From positions 3,936,001 to 4,000,000 of the forward strand of contig OY764159.1 in the NCBI GenBank assembly GCA_963668175.1: a stretch of 64,000 nt of DNA. Direction: 5' to 3'. Positions 37,393-47,460 of this stretch are shown here, piece after piece (the first letter of the stretch is position 1; each line of letters starts with the position of its first letter). Below the pieces are notes generated by a model. That model searched no databases. It had not been told where the DNA came from and saw only the letters and a list, made by a program, of their open reading frames with translations. The translations under genes and the position numbers were made by a program. The DNA is from Syntrophales bacterium. Lineage in GTDB: Bacteria; Desulfobacterota; Syntrophia; Syntrophales; PHBD01.

Positions 37393-38166
37393 CTACGCCA
37401 TCAGCTTCATCAGCATGATCATCTGCTCCTCAAGGTTGATGAAATAGGTCTCGATCACCCTTAGGAATATCGGCATGGATAAACCCAGAAATATGAGTCC
37501 GACGGAAATCTGGAGAGGGAACCCGACGATCAGGATATTGATCTGGGGAACGGTCCTGGCAATCAGGGCCATACCCAAATTCGTAAAAAGCATCACCGCT
37601 ATGACGGGCGCACTGGCCTTGACGGCTATGATGAAGATATTTTGCGACAGCGTCAGCAAGGCCTGCGCGAGCGGACCGGTCATGTGGAAACCGAAAGGCG
37701 TGAGGATGCGATAACTGTCGGCGATAACCGTTATAAAGACATGATGGCCGTTGATGGACAAAAAGATCAGGAGGGCCATCAAATACTGCATCTCAGAAAT
37801 GATGGAGACGTTGATGTTGTTCATGGGATCGAGAACGTTTGCCATGGAAAATCCCATCTGCAGACCAATGAGTTCCCCGGCATACTGGATACCGGTGAAA
37901 ACGACCTGTACCGCAAATCCGATAACGACTCCGACCATGATCTCACCGGCCATCTGAAATATCATGGGAATGAGATCGGGGCTGACGGCGGGAATGACTT
38001 TCCTTACAAAGGGAAAGATGAGAAAGGCGATCACCAGGGATAGACCGGCCTTAATCCTGACCGGCACAGTCTTATGCCCCAATATGGGCATCATGACCAG
38101 AATCGTACTGACCCTGAGCAGGACGAGGACAAACTGCTGAATCGATTCGGCATTGAAAAGCGGCAT
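37393..38166 (-). CDS. fliR: FliR
   Basis: AGELIGLQMGFS, INGHH, ARTVPQINILIVGFP. Confidence 0.95.
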   Translation of the reverse strand: MPLFNAESIQQFVLVLLRVSTILVMMPILGHKTVPVRIKAGLSLVIAFLIFPFVRKVIPAVSPDLIPMIFQMAGEIMVGVVIGFAVQVVFTGIQYAGELIGLQMGFSMANVLDPMNNINVSIISEMQYLMALLIFLSINGHHVFITVIADSYRILTPFGFHMTGPLAQALLTLSQNIFIIAVKASAPVIAVMLFTNLGMALIARTVPQINILIVGFPLQISVGLIFLGLSMPIFLRVIETYFINLEEQMIMLMKLMA

Positions 38167-38245
38167 CAGCAACGCGCCGTTCCCCCTATGGTTAAGATCG
38201 GCGGCGGGGAACAGCGGATTTCCGCGGCCAGGCCCCCCTTGCCGG

Positions 38246-38515
38246 TCATTTGACGTAATTCGGTATATTGGAAAACAGGTTATGTGCAAAGGTCACGAGC
38301 AGGTTGATCATCCAGGGAAGCGCCGCCACAAGCGCCACAAAACAGGCGACGATCTTCGGAACGAACGTCAGGGTCATCTCCTGAATCTGGGTGACGGCTT
38401 GAAACAGACTGATCAATATGCCGACCACCAGCCCCACGATGAGAACCGGAGCCGCAGTGAGCAGCGTCACCTTGATGGTCTCCGCCATGATTCCGACGAT
38501 AAAGTCCGCACTCAT
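38246..38515 (-). CDS. fliQ: FliQ
   Basis: ISLFQAVTQIQEMTLTFVPKI. Confidence 0.97.
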   Translation of the reverse strand: MSADFIVGIMAETIKVTLLTAAPVLIVGLVVGILISLFQAVTQIQEMTLTFVPKIVACFVALVAALPWMINLLVTFAHNLFSNIPNYVK

Positions 38516-38528
38516 CTTTTTGCTCCTC

Positions 38529-39311
38529 TTAACGAAAACTCTGCACCAGCGAGCCCACAATCAGGTACCAGCCGTCTACCAATACGAACAAAAGCAGTTT
38601 AAAGGGCAGGCTCACCATCATGGGCGGCAGCATCATCATACCCATGGATAGGAGGATACTGGAAACGACCATGTCTATGACAAAAAAAGGCAAGAAGATC
38701 ATAAAGCCGATCTGGAATGCCGTCTTCAATTCGCTGATGATAAAAGCTGGTACTGCGACAATCATGGATACATCGGAGGGTTTTTCCGGACGCTTCTCCT
38801 TCGAAATCTTGACGAAAAGGGCAAGGTCTTTCTCCCGGGTCTGCTTCATCATGAAGTCCTTGACCGGCGCGACGGCCTGATCGAAGGCCTGTTCGCCCGA
38901 TATCTGTTCATTGTAATAAGGCTTCAGCGCTTCGGTGTTCACCCTTTGCCATACCGGCGACATGATGAAAAAAGTCAGAAACAGGGCCAGGCCGAGGATG
39001 ATCTGGTTGGGCGGCATTTGCGCCGTTCCTATCGCCTGGCGCAACAGGCCGAGCACGATGATAATCCTTGTAAAAGACGTCATCATAAGAAGAATGGCCG
39101 GAGCCAGGGTCAATACGGTCAGAGCGAAAAGAAGCTGAATGACGCCTGCAATCCGTCCCGGCGAATCGGCGGTTCCTCCGATGTTTAAGTTGATGTTGGG
39201 GATGGACAGGGGCTCGGCCGCCGCCGCATGGCATGGAAGAATCAGAGACGCGAGCAGTATGGCCGATAGGATAAGAAGCCTGCCCGTTTGACTGGAGGGA
39301 AAGGCCTTCAT
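38529..39311 (-). CDS. fliP: FliP
   Basis: MTSFTRI, PPNQ, SELKTAFQIGF, MGMMMLPP. Confidence 0.97.
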   Translation of the reverse strand: MKAFPSSQTGRLLILSAILLASLILPCHAAAAEPLSIPNINLNIGGTADSPGRIAGVIQLLFALTVLTLAPAILLMMTSFTRIIIVLGLLRQAIGTAQMPPNQIILGLALFLTFFIMSPVWQRVNTEALKPYYNEQISGEQAFDQAVAPVKDFMMKQTREKDLALFVKISKEKRPEKPSDVSMIVAVPAFIISELKTAFQIGFMIFLPFFVIDMVVSSILLSMGMMMLPPMMVSLPFKLLLFVLVDGWYLIVGSLVQSFR

Positions 39312-39712
39312 GGACTCTGCCTGTCCTTTCCGGCTGACCGGAACGATTTCAAGGTATCTTTGTATCGGAGGAATTGTTCCATGAGGGACGGCATCGCAGC
39401 CTGCGGTATGTCGGGGGATTTTTTCATCCTCTCTTTCATTTCCGGATTCGATATCGTCGTAATGACGGACATCTGATTGTTGGAAACACCGACAACAATC
39501 AATTCCCCGAGAATATCCACCAGCATGATACTGTTTCTGGGCCCCAGATACTTCGTCGCCACAACATGGATCATAGAGCCGTCGTCGCCGCCTATCAGGG
39601 GCTGGCGCAGAAACTTTCTGAAAAGATAAGCCGCCGCGATCATTATGCCCAAAACGAGGGATAGGGCAAAAATCATCTTCAGAAATGACGGCAGAAAAGC
39701 GGTTGGTTCCAT
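39308..39712 (-). CDS. fliO: FliO
   Basis: N-terminal TM segment, LGPRNSIMLV..LIVVGVS; lies between fliN and fliP. Confidence 0.88.
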   Translation of the reverse strand: MEPTAFLPSFLKMIFALSLVLGIMIAAAYLFRKFLRQPLIGGDDGSMIHVVATKYLGPRNSIMLVDILGELIVVGVSNNQMSVITTISNPEMKERMKKSPDIPQAAMPSLMEQFLRYKDTLKSFRSAGKDRQSP

Positions 39713-39744
39713 CGGTTCCTCGATTACGGATTGTCTTGCGGCAC

Positions 39745-40224
39745 CTACCGCAGCTTGTTGACCCTTTCGACAGGTGAAACGATGTCGGTCAGACGAACGC
39801 CGAATTTTTCGTTCACGACCACGACCTCCCCCCTGGCGATCAATTTCTGGTTGATGAAGACATCCATCGGCTCACCCGCCAGTTTACTCAGCTCGATGAC
39901 CGACCCCTGGCCGAGCTGCAGGAGCTCGCTGATCAACATCCTGTTCCTTCCCAACTCGACGGACAGGGTCAAAGGAATGTCGAGGATGAAATCCAGCTCC
40001 ATCGTTCCTGCCTTCGGAGGTTCTTTCTTTATCTCGGTGAAACTGGCTTCGCTGACCGCCGCCTTGGATACGGGATGGCTCGACTGTTCCATCTCTTCCT
40101 TGACGTCATCCCATCCGATTTCTTCATCGGCTTTCTGCGCGGGCGGCTCGGGTGCCGGCGGAGGCGCGCCGTCACCGTCCTGCTTCAGTTCTTTCAATAA
40201 GGCATCCAATTCACTCTGATCCAT
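39745..40224 (-). CDS. fliN: FliN
   Basis: ILDIPLTLSVELGR, GEVVVVNEKFGVRLTDI. Confidence 0.97.
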   Translation of the reverse strand: MDQSELDALLKELKQDGDGAPPPAPEPPAQKADEEIGWDDVKEEMEQSSHPVSKAAVSEASFTEIKKEPPKAGTMELDFILDIPLTLSVELGRNRMLISELLQLGQGSVIELSKLAGEPMDVFINQKLIARGEVVVVNEKFGVRLTDIVSPVERVNKLR

Positions 40225-41212
40225 AATCCATACCTTCTTTCGAAGAAATCACTTCACAAATCTGAACGGCCTGGCTTCCTTTGTAAATACCGGGATAAGC
40301 TCTGAATTTTGGAACCCCTTCGACGTAAACCTCCAACGGATCGGAAGCGTACTGCTCCAGGGGGATGACATCGCCTTTCTTCAGATTGATGACTTCGCGG
40401 GCATCGAGTTCCGCATGCCCCAGTTCGACCAGCAGATCGACCTTCGACGTGATGAGACTTCTCCGGAAACGGCCTATCCAGGCCTTGTCGACCTCCATCT
40501 GTTCGCTCTGGAACCCCGCCTGCAGCTTATCCCTGATCGGTTCCAGCATGGAATAGGGGATACACATGGAAATGATTCCGGACGAATATTCGATCTCCAC
40601 CTCGAAGTTTGCCACGACGACGACATCCGTCGGAGGAACGATCTGAACGAACTGGGGATTGATCTCCGACCGCTGATAACTGACCTTGATATCGATAAGC
40701 GCTTTCCATGCCTTTTCGAGATCATCCAAGGCGTTTTCGACGATCTTCTTGATCAGATTATTTTCAATGGGCGTAAACTCCCGTCCTTCGATCTTGAAAC
40801 CTTCCTTGCCTGATCCGCCGAAAAGGATATCGACCAGTGTGAAAATGATCTTGGATTCCACGACAACGATGGCACTCCCCCTCATGGGATCCATCCGGAA
40901 GAGATGGAGGCTTGTCGGCACCGGCAATGTCTTGAGGAATTCGCCGAATTTGATCATATCGACGGACACGGCGCTGACGCTGACAACCTTCCGAAGAATG
41001 GAAGAGAGGGTCGTCCGGAACATCCGGGCAAACTTCTCGTTGGTCATTTCCAGCGTCGGCATCCTGCCCCGGATGATGCGGTCCTGGCTGGTAAGATCAT
41101 AGCCTATGATCTCGCTGGGGTCCCGGATCTCCTCGATCTCCGTTTCAATTTCTCCGCCGGTTATGCCTCTTAAGAGGGCATCGACCTCATCCTGGGAAAG
41201 GATATGGGACAT
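40211..41212 (-). CDS. fliM: FliM
   Basis: ILSQDEVDALL, DRIIRGRMPTLE, GREFT.IE. Confidence 0.97.
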   Translation of the reverse strand: MSHILSQDEVDALLRGITGGEIETEIEEIRDPSEIIGYDLTSQDRIIRGRMPTLEMTNEKFARMFRTTLSSILRKVVSVSAVSVDMIKFGEFLKTLPVPTSLHLFRMDPMRGSAIVVVESKIIFTLVDILFGGSGKEGFKIEGREFTPIENNLIKKIVENALDDLEKAWKALIDIKVSYQRSEINPQFVQIVPPTDVVVVANFEVEIEYSSGIISMCIPYSMLEPIRDKLQAGFQSEQMEVDKAWIGRFRRSLITSKVDLLVELGHAELDAREVINLKKGDVIPLEQYASDPLEVYVEGVPKFRAYPGIYKGSQAVQICEVISSKEGMDYGSE

Positions 41213-41279
41213 TCAAGAACCTCTCTTGTTGTAAATCTAAATAAAAAAGTCCGCGCGGATTCTCATCATTCGCGACGAA

Positions 41280-41774
41280 TTACTGGATGACAAAATCCAG
41301 AAAGTAGACCTTTTCGATCTTGCCCTTTGTTAAATAGCTGTTGACCCTCATCTGGATCTCTTCCCGGAGCCTCTGTTTCCCGCCCGTTTCCATCAAGTCC
41401 TTATAAGACTTGGCCGACAGGAGGTCCAGGATGTTATCGCGGATTTTCGGCTTAATCTGGTCGAGCTCCGCAACGGTGAGCGGATCCGAAACTTCGAGTT
41501 GAATGACCGCTTTGAGATATCGTTGTCCTTCGTTGTCGACCAGATTGACAATAAACGGTTCCATGGCCCACAGAGCTCCTATGGGTGGCTTCTGGTGGGC
41601 CGTTTCCTTCTTTGGGGCGGCCATTTTTACAAAATAGTAGTAGGCCCCCCCGGCGCCGCCTCCCAGAACAATGACCACGATACCGATGATGATGATCCAT
41701 TTCATCATCGATCCCTTACCCTTGGCCGGTTGTTCCTGTTCTGTCTTATCCTCGTCTTTATCCTCTTTCGCCAT
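41280..41774 (-). CDS. fliL: FliL
   Basis: TM segment, FIVNL..RYLK, VYFLDFVIQ; start MAKED. Confidence 0.93.
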   Translation of the reverse strand: MAKEDKDEDKTEQEQPAKGKGSMMKWIIIIGIVVIVLGGGAGGAYYYFVKMAAPKKETAHQKPPIGALWAMEPFIVNLVDNEGQRYLKAVIQLEVSDPLTVAELDQIKPKIRDNILDLLSAKSYKDLMETGGKQRLREEIQMRVNSYLTKGKIEKVYFLDFVIQ

Positions 41775-41857
41775 GAAGACACCTCGATATGAATAGTCTA
41801 TTACTCCCGGGAAGATGAACGATAAACCACACCCTGTCATAGACTGTAAAAATATAC

Positions 41858-41873
41858 AGCAAAGAGCATACCA
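41858..41873 (-). promoter_or_regulatory. Sigma54 promoter of the fliL operon
   Basis: TGGTAT-GCTCT-TTGCT. Confidence 0.8.
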
Positions 41874-42010
41874 GGGTATGGTTCAGGATAGTATCAGATT
41901 TTTATGAATAATACAACGATGTTAACAATTGACAGCAGCATGACGGCCGGCCATGATCGCTGGGGAAAGGTCTTTTTTGACAAAGGGTCAATTCTTTGAC
42001 ATCTTTTCAA

Positions 42011-42061
42011 GAAAAAATAAAAAACGTTTCAGAGGCGAGGGATACCTTCGCCTCTGAAACG
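42011..42061 (-). terminator. Strong intrinsic terminator after flgE
   Basis: CGTTTCAGAGGCGAAGG-TAT-CCCTCGCCTCTGAAACG followed by a long T-rich tract. Confidence 0.9.
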
Positions 42062-42091
42062 AACAGATCATAAACGGTGGCTTATTGGATT

Positions 42092-43333
42092 TTATTGTCT
42101 GATGGCCATTAAGGTCGACAACATCGAATCCGCCGTGGTGATGACCTTGGCATTGGCCTGATAGGCCCTCTGGGCGGAAATCATGTTCATGAACTCCTTG
42201 GCTGTGTCCACATTCGATGTCTCCAGAGTGCTCGCATCTAGTTGACCAAGTCCGGCGGAATCGGGAGCGTTGAAGACGGCCTGCCCCGAACTGAAGGACT
42301 GGGCAAAGTAGTTCCCCACTTTCGACAAGCCGGTGGCACAAGGGAATTTGGCCAACATAACCCGGGCTATGTCCTGTGTCTGACCGTTGGTGAAGAGCCC
42401 CGTGACGACCCCCGAGCTGTCGACGCTGATGCTCTTCAGGCTGCCGGCGGGGTGCCCGTTGGAATAGAGTTGATTGGTGACCGACGTGGAGGCGTATTGC
42501 GTCAGGGAAAGGGCGCCGGTCCCCGTCAGATTCCACGTCACATCGGGAAATGTCGCACCGCCGGGATATACGAATCCGCTGGTATTGAACGAATAGGAAG
42601 CCGGAGATGTCAGGGCTCCGCTCGAGTTAAAGGTGAGAGGGCTGGCCGCACCGGTAGGGGTCAGCGTCAGGGTCGCCGTGACGGTTCCCGCCGCTCCCGT
42701 CTTGGTCAGGGTGGCCGTCGGGACCCACTGACCGGACGTCGCCGATTTCGTATAGGTTATAGTCAGTGTATGGTCGTTGCCCAAGGAGTCGTATACGGTC
42801 TGGGCGGTCTGATAGGTGGTGCCTGTAGCGGCATCTGCATTCAAATTAGCCGCGATACTGATGGTCGTCGAAGCCACGGGCGCCGACTGGACGGCCCCTA
42901 ATTGGAGAGAGGTCAGGGCCGTCGATTCGACGCCGTTGGTAATGATATGCCCTTGAACTTGAAAATCTTTCGTGTCGACCAAATAACCGTCCTTATCGAG
43001 GTGAAACGATCCGGCCCTTGTGTACAGGCGGGTTCCGGACGAATCGGTCACGATAAAGAAACCTTCGCCGTCAACCGCAAGATCCAAACCGGAGGATGTC
43101 GTTTCGAACGGTCCTTGTGTGAAATCGTTCTCGATGTTCTGGACATTGACTCCCTGACCGACCTGCGTGCCCGAACTTCCCGTTGTCAGGCTCTGGTTCA
43201 GCATGCTTTCGAAATAGATCGATCCCCCCTTAAAACCCAAGGTATTGGAATTGGCCAGGTTGTTGCCGATAACGTCCAGTTCCTTGGAAGCAGCGGCCAG
43301 CCCTGTTGTTCCTATGGATATTGCACTTGACAT
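42092..43333 (-). CDS. flgE: Hook protein FlgE
   Basis: VIGNNLANSNTLGFK, YTRAGSF, LETSNVD..AQRAYQANAKVITTAD. Confidence 0.96.
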   Translation of the reverse strand: MSSAISIGTTGLAAASKELDVIGNNLANSNTLGFKGGSIYFESMLNQSLTTGSSGTQVGQGVNVQNIENDFTQGPFETTSSGLDLAVDGEGFFIVTDSSGTRLYTRAGSFHLDKDGYLVDTKDFQVQGHIITNGVESTALTSLQLGAVQSAPVASTTISIAANLNADAATGTTYQTAQTVYDSLGNDHTLTITYTKSATSGQWVPTATLTKTGAAGTVTATLTLTPTGAASPLTFNSSGALTSPASYSFNTSGFVYPGGATFPDVTWNLTGTGALSLTQYASTSVTNQLYSNGHPAGSLKSISVDSSGVVTGLFTNGQTQDIARVMLAKFPCATGLSKVGNYFAQSFSSGQAVFNAPDSAGLGQLDASTLETSNVDTAKEFMNMISAQRAYQANAKVITTADSMLSTLMAIRQ

Positions 43334-43389
43334 CGCTTGCGCCTCCTATCTCTCGTGCTTTAAAATCTTGCCATTGCCTTCGCAGGAAT

Positions 43390-44046
43390 CTATGCCTGCG
43401 TCGTTTTCACAGATACGATCGAGCTGAAAGGTACATCCTGCCCGTTGATCGTGAGATATATGCTGTTGTTTTTGAATTGAACGCCGGTAACGATTCCCGT
43501 GACCATGGTCGTGGCGGAGACATTATTTCCGCCTTTGTCGGTCGCTTTGACGCTGAATGTATAATTCCCTTTGGTCACATTTGCGGTGTTCCAGGTCACA
43601 GTGTTTGCGCCTTTGGCCTGGTCCGTATAATTCAGGGTGTCCACGAGTGTGCCGTGTTCATCGTAAATACTGACGGTGACTTGCTTGGCGTCCTTGTCCA
43701 AACTGTATGTCAGAGCCGTTGAATCGCCGTTGACCACAACACTGTTCCCGGCCGTGGTCGTCACTTGTTTCCCGATCAGGGATATCGACTGGGCCTCCGT
43801 ACTGGCATTCTGGGCCGAACTCATATTTGCCAGTTGCGTACTCATATTTGTCAATTGTTCCAAACTGGTGAACTGCGCCAGTTGGGCGGCAAAATCGGTC
43901 CCATCGACAGGTTTGAGAGGATCCTGGTTTTTCAACTGAGCCAAAAGCATCTTCAGGAAATCGTCCTTACCCAAGGTTTTCTTGCTGGTTGTCGTGCTTG
44001 CGGCACTGGATATACTGCTGCTGTCGACATAAGGTGTGCTAGTCAT
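43390..44046 (-). CDS. flgD: Hook cap FlgD
   Basis: LGKDDFLKMLLAQLKNQDPL..QLAQFTSLEQ. Confidence 0.96.
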   Translation of the reverse strand: MTSTPYVDSSSISSAASTTTSKKTLGKDDFLKMLLAQLKNQDPLKPVDGTDFAAQLAQFTSLEQLTNMSTQLANMSSAQNASTEAQSISLIGKQVTTTAGNSVVVNGDSTALTYSLDKDAKQVTVSIYDEHGTLVDTLNYTDQAKGANTVTWNTANVTKGNYTFSVKATDKGGNNVSATTMVTGIVTGVQFKNNSIYLTINGQDVPFSSIVSVKTTQA

Positions 44047-44073
44047 TCCCTTTCACCTCATATTTCTTTCTCG

Positions 44074-45441
44074 TTATATAAAAACACTGATTATCCCCGA
44101 ACTTTCTTCCGCACGTATTCGGTTCAGCGCGGGATATTCGTCGGTTGCCGTTTCCCGACCGCCGGCATTGGAACCGCCGTCATTCCCCCAGAAGGCACTA
44201 CCCCCGGCATACTCGCGGAAGTTTCTGCCCTGACTGCCATTCTGCCATTGAATATTGAAGCGATCCATCTGCAGGCCGCGATCCTGCAAGGCATTCTTAA
44301 GATCGTCGAGATGGGTCTGGAGAATCTGCCGGACGTCCTTATTGTCCGCCATAACCGTCACTTCGACGCGGTTGCTTCGGACCCGGACATCCATATCCAG
44401 CGTTCCCAAAGACGGCGGATTCAACTTTAGCTTGACCCTCCCTTCGCCCTTCTCGAGAAGTTCCCGGGAATTGACGATTTGTTCGATCAGGTCCTGGGGC
44501 CTCAGATTGGCCGTCGATTCCGTCTGGGACGGAGGCAACTTTTCGCTGCCCGTTACGTTCTGGCGCTGATCCACGACTGTACCCAGGATGGTTTTTGTCG
44601 ATATGTTCATACTTTCATGGCCGGCATTCTCTCCTGCCGCTGTTTTTGTTTCCTGAAGGAGCGCATTGGTTACATTGCTGTCACGGCCGGCAAGTGACAT
44701 CTTTTCCTTCTGGGTTTCGAGAAGCATATCGTTAATGCCGGCCTCATTTGTCAGCGGTTCCTGGCTGCCTGTCAATTTATCCGGGACATGAGTATCGTTT
44801 TTTTGCACACCGGAATTTTTCTGCAGGTCCTTGTCCCGGCTCATGTATTTCTTTAACGCATCGGCTAAATCTTTATTATCCGTAACGTTCTCTTTCTTTA
44901 GCGACGACGCGTTTTTAACCTGAGCAAGTATTTCGTTTACCTTCTCGTCGGAGATGCCGCTTTGCTTCAACAGCGCGGCAATATCTTTCAGAAAGGCACT
45001 CTCCTCGGCCGAATTTGCAGCATCTGCGTCCTTTGCCGCTTCAGTTGCTGCAGTAGCTGTCACTTCGGCTGTCTGTTTATTTTTAGCCACATCTTCACTG
45101 CTTTTATCGCTTTTTTCCTCTTTAGATGTTTTGTCGGCGGCAGTCTGCTGATTCGTATGACTGTCCGCATCGGTTTTTCTTTCACGCTGCGTTTTCGTAT
45201 CGGCGGGTGCAGCCGCCTGATTCGTTTTCGGGGCCTGACCGTCCGCACTCTTTTTTTGGCCGTATTCTTGAGTTGTTATCCTGTTCTGGAGGATATTGGC
45301 AAACATGGACATGACATCCGTGGAGGACGAATCGGCGTCGCCTTCCTTCTTTTCTGACTTTTGCCTCTGCGACACGGCATCGGAATAATCTGCCGCTTTC
45401 GAGTTGGTTTCCGCTGCGCCGGTTCGAAACGATTCCATCAT
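44074..45441 (-). CDS. fliK: Hook-length control FliK
   Basis: Low-complexity N-terminus; LKLNPPSLGTL..LKNALQDRGL; upstream of flgD. Confidence 0.9.
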   Translation of the reverse strand: MMESFRTGAAETNSKAADYSDAVSQRQKSEKKEGDADSSSTDVMSMFANILQNRITTQEYGQKKSADGQAPKTNQAAAPADTKTQRERKTDADSHTNQQTAADKTSKEEKSDKSSEDVAKNKQTAEVTATAATEAAKDADAANSAEESAFLKDIAALLKQSGISDEKVNEILAQVKNASSLKKENVTDNKDLADALKKYMSRDKDLQKNSGVQKNDTHVPDKLTGSQEPLTNEAGINDMLLETQKEKMSLAGRDSNVTNALLQETKTAAGENAGHESMNISTKTILGTVVDQRQNVTGSEKLPPSQTESTANLRPQDLIEQIVNSRELLEKGEGRVKLKLNPPSLGTLDMDVRVRSNRVEVTVMADNKDVRQILQTHLDDLKNALQDRGLQMDRFNIQWQNGSQGRNFREYAGGSAFWGNDGGSNAGGRETATDEYPALNRIRAEESSGIISVFI

Positions 45442-45464
45442 TCACCTTCCTTTTCGAGTGGTAA

Positions 45465-45480
45465 AGCAAGCGGCGTGCCA
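45465..45480 (-). promoter_or_regulatory. Sigma54 promoter of fliK-flgD-flgE
   Basis: TGGCAC-GCCGC-TTGCT; IHF-like TAACAACATATTA at 45510..45522. Confidence 0.88.
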
Positions 45481-45802
45481 CCGGGAACAGCTTCGTTATT
45501 TACAAGCAATAACAACATATTACATTTTATACTCCATCACGCATGTTTGAGAAACAGGAAATATTTGCCCGCGTATCGGGACAGAAGATGAACAGAAAAT
45601 GCCTGCCGATCAAGAAAGGTTGCGGTCTATTTCTTCCGGACGCCGGCATGATCACCCGCCCGGTCTGTCGCAGTCGTTTTTTATTGACAAGTCGCGACGA
45701 TACAAGGTAACAGGAAGCCTGGAGATGCTGCGTAACGCCAACCCCGCAGCCTTGAAACGAAAAGGCGGCGAGATGGAAGAAGAGGAGGCACGATAACACT
45801 CT

Positions 45803-46276
45803 ATGGACGTAAGGTTTATCAACCCGTTTCTTGAAGCAACCGTTGAAGTTCTAAAGACAATGGCATTCGTCATCCCGACACCGGGAAAACCTTTCGCCCA
45901 TCAGAAGGGGGAACCCGCCTTCGGCGACGTTTCGGGAGTTATCGGTCTATCCGGGCAGGCCAAGGGGTCGCTGGCGCTCAGTTTCAAGGAATCGTGCATC
46001 CTGGTGATTATCACCAACATGCTGGGCGAAACCTATAAGGAGATCAACAATGAAGTGGCCGACGCCGTCGGTGAACTCACCAATATGATCTCCGGGGTGG
46101 CGAGGAAGAAGCTGGAGGCAAGCGGATTAACCATCACGGCGGCTATCCCGTCTGTCATTGTGGGGAAGAACCATTCAATACAGCATGTTCTGGGCGGTCC
46201 CAGCGTCATTATCCCCTTCCATATCGGGGAAAACACCTTCGTCGTCGACGTTTGCGTTTCTGCTGACGGAAACTGA
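45803..46276 (+). CDS. cheX: CheX phosphatase
   Basis: FINPF, DVSGVIGLSG, DAVGELTNMISG. Confidence 0.92.
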   Translation: MDVRFINPFLEATVEVLKTMAFVIPTPGKPFAHQKGEPAFGDVSGVIGLSGQAKGSLALSFKESCILVIITNMLGETYKEINNEVADAVGELTNMISGVARKKLEASGLTITAAIPSVIVGKNHSIQHVLGGPSVIIPFHIGENTFVVDVCVSADGN

Positions 46277-46299
46277 CGGCCTTTTACTTTCGCGAAAAC

Positions 46300-46917
46300 C
46301 TATTGCCCCGGGGCAGCCGGCTTGTCTTCGGGGACGAATTTGCCTGCCCGGGTGATCTCTTTCGTTATTTCGACCGCCTTCGTGGGATTGATGTAACCCC
46401 ACATAATGCCGGCTTTATCCCTTTTCATGTTCATTGTGATGGCCGCAGCTGTCTGCACGTCCATCCTTTCCATCATGGCTCCCGCTTTGTCGGGCGGCGT
46501 CGCCTCATAGACTTTCGCCAGATCCTTGTACTTCTTGTTGGCCGATACCTTGTCCGCCTCCAGTTTGGCCGTCAACTGCTCCTCCAGCTTACGCAGAACG
46601 TCGATTTTTGCTGCGATTTCGGTCTTCAAGGCGGACAGTTTCTGTTCTTCGCCCTTGACGGCCACTTCCCGGCTGTCGAGTTCGGCGTTCCTCTTCTGCA
46701 GAGCAGATGCAAGGTCTCTTTCCTTTTGAAGGGGATCGGCTCCTGCTTCCTTCGGAGCCGGCTGTTCGGCCGTTTTGCCGGTCGGCTGTGCAATGGCCAA
46801 AGACGTGAGATACGATCCGGCATTCTCCATTTTTTGCCAGAATTCACCGATGATGGATATTTTCGCCAGGAAAAGAACTATGACGAATATCTGGATGATG
46901 ACAATCATTTTTTTCAT
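46300..46917 (-). CDS. MotE/FlbB-like (MgtE_N-type) flagellar protein
   Basis: N-terminal TM/signal, coiled coil, LAKVYEATPPDKAGAMM; directly after fliJ. Confidence 0.8.
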   Translation of the reverse strand: MKKMIVIIQIFVIVLFLAKISIIGEFWQKMENAGSYLTSLAIAQPTGKTAEQPAPKEAGADPLQKERDLASALQKRNAELDSREVAVKGEEQKLSALKTEIAAKIDVLRKLEEQLTAKLEADKVSANKKYKDLAKVYEATPPDKAGAMMERMDVQTAAAITMNMKRDKAGIMWGYINPTKAVEITKEITRAGKFVPEDKPAAPGQ

Positions 46918-47354
46918 GACGCTCTCCTACTGAAGCCCTGTAAGGAAATTTCGTCCAGAACCTTACGCTCCCGCAGTTCATTAGTGATCTCATATTCACG
47001 ACGCTGGCGCTTCTTCAAATTCTCCAGCATCTTTCTTTTCTTGACCGCTTCGACGACTTCCTGCCGCTTGGCTTCCACGGCATCCTGCGCCATGACGACA
47101 ACCGCCTGTTGGCGATCGACCCGGCCGTGGAGGAATTCAATATATGAAACGTACATGCCGATATCGGCGGCCGTTACCTCCCGATCCTGCATCTCCCTGA
47201 GGCATCCGATACTTGCCCGTCTCTCTTCCTTCAAGGCTTCCAACAGACCCGCTTCTTTCTCCAGGTTCCTCTTCTTTTCGGAAAATTCCCTGAGCAATGT
47301 ATCCTCAAAAGCCTTTCTTGCATTCAGAACCGATTCCAGCCGAAACTTAAACAT
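46914..47354 (-). CDS. fliJ: FliJ
   Basis: FKFRLESVL, KMLENLK, ERKVLDE. Confidence 0.92.
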   Translation of the reverse strand: MFKFRLESVLNARKAFEDTLLREFSEKKRNLEKEAGLLEALKEERRASIGCLREMQDREVTAADIGMYVSYIEFLHGRVDRQQAVVVMAQDAVEAKRQEVVEAVKKRKMLENLKKRQRREYEITNELRERKVLDEISLQGFSRRAS

Positions 47355-47460
47355 GGCAACCCCAAAGGCATCCCTTCCGAATCTTTCGATTCAAGATATG
47401 AGGACATTAAAACCCACCCGATCCATCTTCGAATGGCAAAAACTGTCTTCCCGGAGGCCG

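Noticed and set aside
45600..45800. c-di-GMP riboswitch upstream of cheX (also considered at 62130-62336)
   Set aside because: The GEMM core elements were not found by eye; an Infernal search would settle it.
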